In this document: positions 52,475-61,059 of the stretch, piece after piece
Layout: each line of letters begins with the position of its first letter
How positions within the stretch are numbered: position 1 is the first letter of the stretch
NCBI GenBank assembly: GCA_045568435.1
Contig: JBJLBB010000001.1
Coordinates: forward strand, 492,413 to 556,412
DNA length: 64,000 nt
Source: Candidatus Poseidoniaceae archaeon
GTDB lineage: Archaea; Thermoplasmatota; Poseidoniia; Poseidoniales; Poseidoniaceae
Direction of reading: 5' to 3'
Notes under the pieces: generated by a model
Told to the model about the DNA's origin: nothing
Database searches by the model: none
The model's input: the letters and a program-made list of their open reading frames with translations, nothing else
Made by a program: the position numbers and the translations under genes

Positions 52475-53278
52475 ATGGATAGAAAAGGAATAGTAGCAGA
52501 CTTTCTTCAGCGTTGTATTGATTATTCGGAAGCATCGATTTCTCGTAAAGAGAAAAGAGGCGATACCGAAGAGATTGAATCATGGAAGACATATCAAGAA
52601 TTCACCAAGCACGCACTGATGGAAGTTCATACTGGGAAACTAGATTCTTGGTTTGAAAATGAAAAGCCTGCTGAATTAAAACAACCAAAAAGAATCGATG
52701 TCCTTGATTTAGAACATCGAGAAAGAGCTACTTGGCTCTCTGGAATTCTTTCTCCACGTCCTTTGGTATTGGTTTCAACAAAGAATAGTGAGGGCTTAGG
52801 CAATCTAGCACCGCTGACATCTGCGATGGCTGTTTCAACAAAGCCACCTTTGATGATCGTATCGCTGAGTCAAGGGAAAAATGGCCGCCAACGAGATACA
52901 ATGAATAATCTTCGTGAAACTAAGAAGGCTATCTTGCACATGATGCCCAGTACTCTTGAAGCAGTAGATTGGGTTGATGATGCAGGCTCTCCAATTCCAC
53001 CGAGTGAAAGTGAATGGGATTTGACAGGACTCGAGGCAGACGAAGATGAACCAATGTTGGTAAAGCAAGCAGTTGCTGCCATTGAAGTCGAATACCTCGA
53101 AGAGGTTAAACTACCTGATGCAGTCGCTAAATTAGTTGTACTCAAAGTCACACATATCTGGACTTCTCTAGACCAGGCACCATTATCTGGATTGGATATT
53201 TTGTGTCAGCACGGCCTAGATAGATTGACTCCATCACCAGAAAATTGGGGTAAAACAATCGACAAGCACTATGGCTGA
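52475..53278 (+). CDS. Flavin reductase-like (FMN-binding split-barrel) domain protein with a C-terminal extension.
   Basis: Region RPLVLVSTKNSEGLGNLAPLTSAMAVSTKPPLMIVSLSQGKNGRQRDTMNNLRETKKAILH resembles the PF01613 flavin reductase-like core. Confidence 0.5.
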   Translation: MDRKGIVADFLQRCIDYSEASISRKEKRGDTEEIESWKTYQEFTKHALMEVHTGKLDSWFENEKPAELKQPKRIDVLDLEHRERATWLSGILSPRPLVLVSTKNSEGLGNLAPLTSAMAVSTKPPLMIVSLSQGKNGRQRDTMNNLRETKKAILHMMPSTLEAVDWVDDAGSPIPPSESEWDLTGLEADEDEPMLVKQAVAAIEVEYLEEVKLPDAVAKLVVLKVTHIWTSLDQAPLSGLDILCQHGLDRLTPSPENWGKTIDKHYG

Positions 53279-53279
53279 A

Positions 53280-54272
53280 TCAATTTTCTGTCAATTCCTT
53301 CCACATCATTTGGAGGCCTTGTTGTAAATCAACAGTTGGTTGCCATCCAAGGATACGTTTTGAATCCTCAATATCGGGCAAGCGTCTTTTGGAATCACCG
53401 AAGTATCCTGTACCAAATTCAATATCAAAGTCATCTTTAGCAGAAGCAATTACTACTTTTTCAGCCAATTGTGAGATGGTTGTTTCTTCGGTAGAACCAA
53501 TGTTGAAAGCGACGCCTGAAAGGACACTACCATCGATTCCTTGGTCTAATAAGCCGGCTTTTACAAAGCCGTCAGTAATATCATCTATCCAAGTAAAAGA
53601 ACGGGTTTGTAAGCCATCACCATGAACGACTATTGTTTCCTTGTTGAGTAATTTATTGAAAAATATCGAAACTACTTGACCGTAATCATCACCCATCAAT
53701 CGAGGCCCATATGCATTAAATGGCCTTACAATCCTAACATCAAGGCCTTCTCTTGCTGCGTGTTGACAAGCAACTTCATCGAGGTACTTACTGGCACCAT
53801 AAGAATGCCTTTGGTGTTTAGCAGGGTCGGTGAATTGCATCATATTTCCATCTCGAATCGGTTGCTCAGGTGCTTCACCAAAGGCTTCAGGAGATGAGGC
53901 CAAGACATATCTTGCATCATGAGCCATCGCTAATTCCAAAGTCCTAAGAGTACCATTGATATTTACATCGATAACTGAATGTGCCGCTTCGTGGAACCAT
54001 TTTGTTCCATTAACCGCTGCTAAATGAAAGACTAAATCCAATCCTCCAAGTGTTTCAACCGCACTATCTAAAGCCTCAACTTCTCTAACATCAGCGTGAA
54101 GAAATGTGAAGTTTTCATCATCTTGAATCAGTGATAAGTTTTCTAAATTTCCACGAAAAAGAGAATCTAAAGCAACTACCTTATGCCCTAGTTCAATTAA
54201 TGAGTGACATAATGAAGAGCCAAGAAAACCAGCACCGCCGGTGACAAGTATCCTAAGTTCAGCCATATTCAC
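53280..54272 (-). CDS. NAD-dependent sugar-nucleotide epimerase/dehydratase (short-chain dehydrogenase/reductase family; UDP-glucuronate decarboxylase / UDP-glucose 4-epimerase-like).
   Basis: Rossmann motif ILVTGGAGFLGSSLCHSL and catalytic YGASKYLDE (YxxxK). Confidence 0.85.
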   Translation of the reverse strand: MNMAELRILVTGGAGFLGSSLCHSLIELGHKVVALDSLFRGNLENLSLIQDDENFTFLHADVREVEALDSAVETLGGLDLVFHLAAVNGTKWFHEAAHSVIDVNINGTLRTLELAMAHDARYVLASSPEAFGEAPEQPIRDGNMMQFTDPAKHQRHSYGASKYLDEVACQHAAREGLDVRIVRPFNAYGPRLMGDDYGQVVSIFFNKLLNKETIVVHGDGLQTRSFTWIDDITDGFVKAGLLDQGIDGSVLSGVAFNIGSTEETTISQLAEKVVIASAKDDFDIEFGTGYFGDSKRRLPDIEDSKRILGWQPTVDLQQGLQMMWKELTEN

Positions 54273-54274
54273 AC

Positions 54275-56137
54275 CTAGTTTGAATTACGTTCGAGGATTT
54301 TTACTGTGACCACTCCGTCTTTACGATTCATCTCGATGAAGTCTCCATCATTTATTTCCAAGCATGGGTCTTGGTCAAAACCATGGCCATAAGGAACATC
54401 TAACAGTGAACAAGCTGGAAGGGTTAGAGGACAAACATCTCTATTGATTATCGCTTTAGGACCTTTTCCAGTATATACAAGACCCATTAGAACAAATGGT
54501 GCTACAGTAGAGCCTGAACCTTTTGGATAGATTAGAATTGTATCTTCGATCGCTCTACCATCCAAAGGATGACCTGTTTCTTCAATCACTCCGCTATCTC
54601 GATTAACATATCCAAGATAAGTAATTGGAACATCACTAACCATCGCTCTACCGGTGACTGTGAAATCACTTTGACTTTCTAATCCTGCACCAATTACACT
54701 GTTAAGGCCACTCTTATGGGTCTTTGCAGACTTGTGTTGAGGTTGAGATTTAGTCTCCAAAATCGGAGTTGGTCCCGCTGAAAGAGATGGGTCAAAAGCA
54801 TGAGCAACACAATCTTGAATCGTCATAACACTGGTTGGTAAACGATTCAGCCCACTGGTTAGATAATGTTCTGCTTTTAGTGAATTGGTCAGTAAATGAT
54901 TGTAATGCTCACGGTTATAGGGGGTTACTTCAGGACATGTATCTCGTAAAATTACTGCACCTGCGTCTTCAAGAATATCGAGGCTACCATCGCCTTTGGC
55001 TAAATCAAAATTGGCTTGGCTGGTAAATACCCACAGCCTTTCATTAGGAATTTTCTGACCCATTTCAGCATATGAGCGAACTGCTGAAGCTGTTCTTCGA
55101 ATCTCTTCAGCACTTGCTTGAGGACATCCAATCACTATCAAATCGACTTGACCCTTAGGGGCTAATTCCTCATATCTTGATTGCAATTCTTTCTCGCCAA
55201 AAATAAGTTCGCCTTGCCAGCCACCTTCGGGGGCTGACCAAGAACCATTTTCAGCGATTTTCAGCGGAGGGTCTGCCGAATGACCTTGAGCCCAAAGCAT
55301 AGGTGTTCCATAGTTAGCTGCTGCTGATGTTAGTGCTTTTTTAGAAGCAAAAGAAGCATGAGAAGGTAGACCATGAATCAAAGGCATAGGACCCCAAGGA
55401 AGTTTCCAGTTCGGCAAAACTTGCTTGCCAATCCAATCTCCAAGAATTGACCAGTCAGAAAGACTGTTTAATTCGCAGGTAACTTCAACAATAATATTTG
55501 GAATACGATTCTCTTCAAGATGTAGCCCCCACCTTGGAGCATAACCTGTTAGTGCTGTTGCCAGAGCGGAAAGGCCAGACTCCCGATTGGTGATAAGTGA
55601 AGTCCATGAATTTGAAAAGCACACTGCATTAGATTCTGCCCAAGATGCTATTCCTGATTGAGATTCAATTCCTCTATCATATGGGGTACATGATAGCGTA
55701 GTCTCGATACCAAGTTGTTCATATGCGTGAATAATTTCAAATTGTTGTTCTAAGAAATTAGGCCATGCTATATCCATCTCTTTCATTCTTTCTTTATCGC
55801 AACCAGCGGAATTTAAGGTTGTAGGGATGACAACCTTTCCGTCATTATCGCCAGATAAATCAGAAAGAAATCGGCGTAAGCCATGTCCGCCGGTAATCAC
55901 TGAAACTCCTGAAACGTGGGCATTATCAACTTCAATAAAGCCATCAGAGTTTGCAGTATGAGCCAAATCTACAACCAATCTTGCGGCTTTTTGCCTAGTT
56001 GGCCCTTCTTCTCCACGTAGTTGTGCAGAAAGTCTTGGGGGCATGTCCATGTTTGCGGGGATAAGTCTAGATTGATGAATCCACCCCTTGACCAATTCAT
56101 CTAAAGTCGAAATATCGACCGAAGGTTTTGATACCAT
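54275..56137 (-). CDS. Aconitase X family protein: fused large (DUF521-like) and small swivel (DUF126-like) domains. Substrate unknown (mevalonate-5-phosphate or hydroxyproline dehydratase-like).
   Basis: 620 aa; the C-terminal about 130 aa (...GHPLDGRAIEDTILIYPKGSGSTVAPFVLMGLVYTGKGPKAIINRDVCPLTLPA...) look like the AcnX small-subunit swivel domain following an about 400-aa catalytic domain. Assigned by recollection of family features, not by search. Confidence 0.4.
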   Translation of the reverse strand: MVSKPSVDISTLDELVKGWIHQSRLIPANMDMPPRLSAQLRGEEGPTRQKAARLVVDLAHTANSDGFIEVDNAHVSGVSVITGGHGLRRFLSDLSGDNDGKVVIPTTLNSAGCDKERMKEMDIAWPNFLEQQFEIIHAYEQLGIETTLSCTPYDRGIESQSGIASWAESNAVCFSNSWTSLITNRESGLSALATALTGYAPRWGLHLEENRIPNIIVEVTCELNSLSDWSILGDWIGKQVLPNWKLPWGPMPLIHGLPSHASFASKKALTSAAANYGTPMLWAQGHSADPPLKIAENGSWSAPEGGWQGELIFGEKELQSRYEELAPKGQVDLIVIGCPQASAEEIRRTASAVRSYAEMGQKIPNERLWVFTSQANFDLAKGDGSLDILEDAGAVILRDTCPEVTPYNREHYNHLLTNSLKAEHYLTSGLNRLPTSVMTIQDCVAHAFDPSLSAGPTPILETKSQPQHKSAKTHKSGLNSVIGAGLESQSDFTVTGRAMVSDVPITYLGYVNRDSGVIEETGHPLDGRAIEDTILIYPKGSGSTVAPFVLMGLVYTGKGPKAIINRDVCPLTLPACSLLDVPYGHGFDQDPCLEINDGDFIEMNRKDGVVTVKILERNSN

Positions 56138-58404
56138 TGAGGGTGTTAGTCGATTTCATGACTAACCCTCACACACAGGATAGACAAGCCCCTATTGCAG
56201 GTGAACCTGCTACTGCTCAGCCATACAAGAATATCCCTCCACTCAAGGGTAACAGAGCAAACCTTTCACAACCGAGTGAAAATCAACAGTCAAGTGATAA
56301 GACAAACGGAAAGCCTCGTCGAAAATATCTAGTATTCTTTCAAGTAATCATACTAGTTTTAGCATTGGCTATGTCAACTTATTCCATTCTACTTGCCGAC
56401 TCACTTGAAGGCAAAGAAGGCAATTCCATCGGTGAAGGAAATGAAGTCTTAGTAAGAACTGAAGGAAGGGATGCCGACCATATTTGTTCCGAAGGTGGCG
56501 CTGATATTTTCATTGGAAATGATAGCAATAAAAATGGTATTCTAGATGAATCTGAGGTCACTTCAACAACTAGGATTTGTCATGGCCAAGAAGGTTTGTC
56601 AGGACCGCAAGGAGCAACTGGCCCAAATGGGTTTAGTGGTGTTAGTAGTATGATTGAAACTCAAGAGATTGAATATGGAAATATGACCTGTAATTATGGA
56701 GGGTTATTGATACAAAGCGGACTGGATAATAATTCAAATGACATATTAGAACAGGAAGAGATTACCGATCAAGAATTCTTATGTGATGGTTCGATTGGTA
56801 GCGATGGAATAAATGGAGTAAATGGAACTCAAGGTGCTCCGGCTCTGGTGAAAAAGAGTAATCCTCCCGCTTATCTTTGTTCAAATGGCGTAATACTCGA
56901 ATTTGGTGTTGATGATGGCATTGGTCAGGCGGTTGCCATGGATGGAATACTACAGCCTGAAGAAGTACGTGAGAATTTGAAAATCTGTTCTCAACCACTC
57001 AATAGTGGATTGATCAGTGATTTTTCATTAGGTGTGACTAACGGAGTGAACACAGCTTGTGATTCGATGAATTGGATGGAGAGTAAATCGATGTTACTTA
57101 GTGCAGGTAGTGATGGAGCAAATGGGTGTGAATTATGGACCAGTATGGCAACTTTATCCTCTACTTCTATGTTGATTGATATCAATCCATCAGGTGATTC
57201 CACCCCTGGTTTATGGATGGGCATGCAAGAGATAATCGGTGATGAAAATGATTTGGTCTTCTTTGATGCTGATGATGGAATAAATGGCAGAGAGATGTGG
57301 GTCAGTGATGGAACTGTTAGTGGAACACAACGAATCACTTCGCTAAATGGTGCAGGTGATGGCTTGAAAATTAGTTCTAAGATGTCACCTTGGATGAATG
57401 GAATCGTATTTAGTGATGCGGAAAATAATTTTATTTGGAGTAATGGAAGTATAACTGTAGAATTATTTGATGCTCCTTTCTTTTCCAACAGTATGCAAGT
57501 AATTCTTGATTCAACAGCATCTGATATTACTGTTCATTCTCTTACTAAATTATGGCCGGTTGAGACTGGTTTATGGTTTTCAGCAGCCACAATTGCTGAA
57601 GATTTCGAAATGCATTATATCTCAAATAATGGAGTTTTAACTTCTTGGAACCTTAACTCACTCGAAGGAAGTTTACCTGATTCATTCTTATCCCAAGGCC
57701 CCAATAATTTCGTAATTGCAGAAGACGGCAATAATGGACGCCAATTAGCCCGTTTAAATTGGGATGGAACGCATAATTGGTTGACTTCTTTGACCCTACA
57801 AAGCAATGGTGCTTCTGCAACTAATGTAGGTTCTAATTTAGGATTAAATATAATTGGTGATAATGTCATTTTTGATGCTCAGACCAGTGGAGTAGATACA
57901 ACTCTATGGGGATTTAATATCACAACTAATGTTGCTCAAGAACTGTCCGCATCGATCCTTGCACCTGGTGATAAAACCGGTGCAGTATCACTTGATGGGA
58001 AAATTTGGTTCGATTGTGTGACCTCAATGACAGCCACTGAATTATGCTACAGTGATGGAACTATTGCGGGAAGTAAACTAGCCTATGAATTCCAACCAGG
58101 CATCAGTAGTTCAGATATTCGAGAAATTGTTGTTGTCAACCAGCAATTATTGATAATCGCAGATGGTGAACAAGACGGAATTGATTCTGGACACTGCTTA
58201 TGGACATTAAATAGTCAAAGTTTGGAGGCGAGTATAGCCTATGACCCGTGGCAAGGAATAGGAAATAATTCACAATCTGGAACATATGGTGAAATAGAAA
58301 CCTCAAATGAAATCCTTTTCTTTATTGGCAATAATGGCCTTAACGGCCATGAAATCCACTCTTGGAGTCCTTTAGGGTTGACTGGGGACTGGCTGATTTG
58401 GTGA
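56128..58404 (+). CDS. Secreted/membrane-anchored protein: N-terminal TM/signal anchor, collagen-like Gly-X-Y triplets, ELWxxDG-type beta-propeller repeats.
   Basis: TM YLVFFQVIILVLALAMSTYSILLA; GQEGLSGPQGATGPNGFSGV and GSIGSDGINGVNGTQGAP triplet runs; repeated ...GCELWTSM..., ...NGREMWVSDGT..., ...NGHEIHSWSP... motifs like those in giant gene 2 (GRELWAHD, EELWAY). Confidence 0.7.
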   Translation: MIPLRVLVDFMTNPHTQDRQAPIAGEPATAQPYKNIPPLKGNRANLSQPSENQQSSDKTNGKPRRKYLVFFQVIILVLALAMSTYSILLADSLEGKEGNSIGEGNEVLVRTEGRDADHICSEGGADIFIGNDSNKNGILDESEVTSTTRICHGQEGLSGPQGATGPNGFSGVSSMIETQEIEYGNMTCNYGGLLIQSGLDNNSNDILEQEEITDQEFLCDGSIGSDGINGVNGTQGAPALVKKSNPPAYLCSNGVILEFGVDDGIGQAVAMDGILQPEEVRENLKICSQPLNSGLISDFSLGVTNGVNTACDSMNWMESKSMLLSAGSDGANGCELWTSMATLSSTSMLIDINPSGDSTPGLWMGMQEIIGDENDLVFFDADDGINGREMWVSDGTVSGTQRITSLNGAGDGLKISSKMSPWMNGIVFSDAENNFIWSNGSITVELFDAPFFSNSMQVILDSTASDITVHSLTKLWPVETGLWFSAATIAEDFEMHYISNNGVLTSWNLNSLEGSLPDSFLSQGPNNFVIAEDGNNGRQLARLNWDGTHNWLTSLTLQSNGASATNVGSNLGLNIIGDNVIFDAQTSGVDTTLWGFNITTNVAQELSASILAPGDKTGAVSLDGKIWFDCVTSMTATELCYSDGTIAGSKLAYEFQPGISSSDIREIVVVNQQLLIIADGEQDGIDSGHCLWTLNSQSLEASIAYDPWQGIGNNSQSGTYGEIETSNEILFFIGNNGLNGHEIHSWSPLGLTGDWLIW

Positions 58405-59235
58405 TGAACCGTTGTTACGGTCTATACAGTAAGGGCAAGAGACTCCAATCTCATAATGTTCTGATTGTTGGTCTTTCACAGATAATGGATTTCTACAGGC
58501 AAAACATTGTGCTACTTCTGTCTCCTTCAATTCAGGGTTTACCGCCACTCTGTGGTCAAAAACAAAACAATCGCCGTCCCAATAATCTCCGCCGACTTCC
58601 TCGAAGTAGCCAAGAATTCCGCCCTTTAACTGTTTGACATTCGAAAATCCTGCATCCATCATTACGACGCTGGCTTTCTCACAGCGAATACCACCTGTGC
58701 AGAACATTACAACTGGAGTGTCTTTCAAGTCATCTGACATCTCACTCACCGCTCTAGGAAAATCTCGAAACGATTTGATGTCTAGTTCAACCGCATTTTG
58801 AAAAGTTCCTATTCGACATTCATAATCATTCCTTGTATCCAATACTAGAACTTCTTTACCAGCATCTAGCCAACTCTTGAATTCGCTCGGAGTTATCTCT
58901 TCACCAGTATGTACTGCAGGCTTTATGTGGTCAAGTCCAATGGAAATAATTTCTTTCTTCAAACGAACATTCATTCGATTAAATGGCTGATATTGAGTGT
59001 TCGAGATTTTCAATGTGATGTTTCTAAATCTCTCATCTTGGTCGAGGTATTGGATAAATAAGTCAATCGAGTCTTGTTGCCCTGCTAAAAAGAAATTGAT
59101 TCCTTCATTGGAAAGCAATATAGTTCCTTTAAGATTTAACTTTGCACAAACATCCCTGAAGGGTTGTCTTAATTCATCTCTATCTGGAAGGTCAACAAAT
59201 CGATACCCTGCGATATTGATGATGTTTCCGACCAT
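58372..59235 (-). CDS. trhO: Rhodanese-domain tRNA uridine(34) hydroxylase (TrhO/YceA family).
   Basis: N-terminal UPF0176 domain, rhodanese domain with active-site loop MFCTGGIRCEKAS, C-terminal Cys pairs (CFACRNPL...CPYC). Confidence 0.75.
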   Translation of the reverse strand: MVGNIINIAGYRFVDLPDRDELRQPFRDVCAKLNLKGTILLSNEGINFFLAGQQDSIDLFIQYLDQDERFRNITLKISNTQYQPFNRMNVRLKKEIISIGLDHIKPAVHTGEEITPSEFKSWLDAGKEVLVLDTRNDYECRIGTFQNAVELDIKSFRDFPRAVSEMSDDLKDTPVVMFCTGGIRCEKASVVMMDAGFSNVKQLKGGILGYFEEVGGDYWDGDCFVFDHRVAVNPELKETEVAQCFACRNPLSVKDQQSEHYEIGVSCPYCIDRNNGSSPNQPVPSQP

Positions 59236-59279
59236 GATTGAGCGTGAAACATCTAACTTTTGATTCCATCGTTAATCTT

Positions 59280-61055
59280 TCATTTACGCCAATCATGTTT
59301 GGATGCAAGCGGCCTGCGCCACCCTTGACCAAATGCTCGACTAGAAACTCTTGGAGCTGGAGACATTTGCCAACGCTTGTGTTCATTGCGTTCTAATCGG
59401 GATAAAACCTCTAGAACTGTTTCGCGTTCAAGGCCATGTTGAACCATCTGCTCAGCGTCCATAGATTGTTCGATATGCAATCTCAAAATCTCATCGAGAA
59501 CTGGATATGGTGGCAAGGTGTCCTCGTCTTTTTGGTCGGGTGCTAACTCTGCCGATGGTGGCTTTGTCATTGTGGAGGAATTGACTGGAGGGTTTTGTTT
59601 CATGTCTTGGGCTCTATTATTGAACTCTTCACAAATGGCATAGACTTGCATTTTGTAAAGGTCACCAAGTGGAGAATAACCACCGGCCATGTCTCCATAC
59701 AAGGTGCAGTAACCTTGGGCTAATTCAGATTTATTTCCAGTGGCTATTGCCATTCTACCTTGGGCATTAGCATATGCCATTACAATCATTCCACGTAATC
59801 TAGACTGGACATTCTCTGCAGCAACACTGTTACCTTCGCTTAGCATCGAACCGATTTGTTGTTCTAAAGTTGTATGAAGGTCGTCGATAGGTTCGACTTT
59901 GAATTCAATACCCAAAGATTCAGCGGTATATTTTGCATCATCGATAGAATGCTGAGAAGAAAAACGACTTGGCATAGCGATACCAAGTACATTTTCAGGA
60001 CCCACTGCAGCAGCGGCTACACAAGCAGCAGCGGCTGAATCAATTCCACCAGATAGACCAAGAACTATCTTAGAAATATTTGACTTCCTACAATAATCTG
60101 CCAAACCTGTTACTACAGCATCGGTGATATCTTCGATAATATCAGAACTATCTTCATGCCCGTCATCTTGTGGTGAAAGGAATTTCAACTGTGACTTTCC
60201 AACGCTCAAAGCATCTTTGTGTGAGGATTTTATCCATTGTGAATTAGATGAATCATCAATATCAACCAATAGGACTCCTTCCTGCCATGATGGTGCAATA
60301 ACCACTGAACCATCTGGCCATGCTGCAAGGGAGCATCCATCGAATAGAAGGTCATCATTCCCTCCTACTTGATTAGCAAGAAGGAATGGATGTCCAAGTA
60401 TTTTGGCGGCTGTTCGACAGACTTGGATCCTTGTACTGACTTTATCGGCGTGATAAGGTGAAGCAGATAGATTGACAGTTGCGTCCAATTCCACGCCTTG
60501 ACGACCCCATTCGGCTAGATTTTCAATCGGGTCAGAGCCATATGCTGATGGAGTCAAGCCTGCAGCTTGCCATGCATCTTCACAAATTGTGACTCCTAAA
60601 TCTAAATCCCCAATAGTTCGACAAATACCTGAACGATTGGATGCTTGGAAATATCTCGTTTCATCAAATACATCATAAGAAGGCAATAATTGCTTTCTTG
60701 TTACAACTCTATTGGTCTGTTCGCCACTAGGATGTGAAGATAGTGGGCCTGCCCTAACAACTCCATTACCTGGGAGTTTTCTCTCACTATCAGGGGATAC
60801 TGGAGTGCCGACTAAAACTGGTATTTCCACAGTGAGTGAACTCGCTTGTTGTTGTGACATTCGAACAAAATCAGGCTGAAGTAATAGGTCTCTAGGTGGA
60901 TAGCCACTAACTGCTAATTCGGTGGTAATCGCCATCAATGCACCGTTATCTTTGGCTAATGAGGCAAGGCTTTCCAATCTCGCAGAATTACCGGATAAAT
61001 CTCCAATTGTGGAGTCCACTTGTAGCAGACCGATAATACGCGACAATTCTCTCAC
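59280..61055 (-). CDS. nadE: Glutamine-dependent NAD+ synthetase (N-terminal nitrilase/CN-hydrolase domain plus C-terminal NAD synthetase PP-loop domain).
   Basis: PP-loop LGLSGGIDSAAAACVAAAAVG (SGGxDS); N-terminal about 280-aa CN-hydrolase domain; 591 aa. Confidence 0.88.
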   Translation of the reverse strand: MRELSRIIGLLQVDSTIGDLSGNSARLESLASLAKDNGALMAITTELAVSGYPPRDLLLQPDFVRMSQQQASSLTVEIPVLVGTPVSPDSERKLPGNGVVRAGPLSSHPSGEQTNRVVTRKQLLPSYDVFDETRYFQASNRSGICRTIGDLDLGVTICEDAWQAAGLTPSAYGSDPIENLAEWGRQGVELDATVNLSASPYHADKVSTRIQVCRTAAKILGHPFLLANQVGGNDDLLFDGCSLAAWPDGSVVIAPSWQEGVLLVDIDDSSNSQWIKSSHKDALSVGKSQLKFLSPQDDGHEDSSDIIEDITDAVVTGLADYCRKSNISKIVLGLSGGIDSAAAACVAAAAVGPENVLGIAMPSRFSSQHSIDDAKYTAESLGIEFKVEPIDDLHTTLEQQIGSMLSEGNSVAAENVQSRLRGMIVMAYANAQGRMAIATGNKSELAQGYCTLYGDMAGGYSPLGDLYKMQVYAICEEFNNRAQDMKQNPPVNSSTMTKPPSAELAPDQKDEDTLPPYPVLDEILRLHIEQSMDAEQMVQHGLERETVLEVLSRLERNEHKRWQMSPAPRVSSRAFGQGWRRPLASKHDWRK

Positions 61056-61059
61056 CTAT

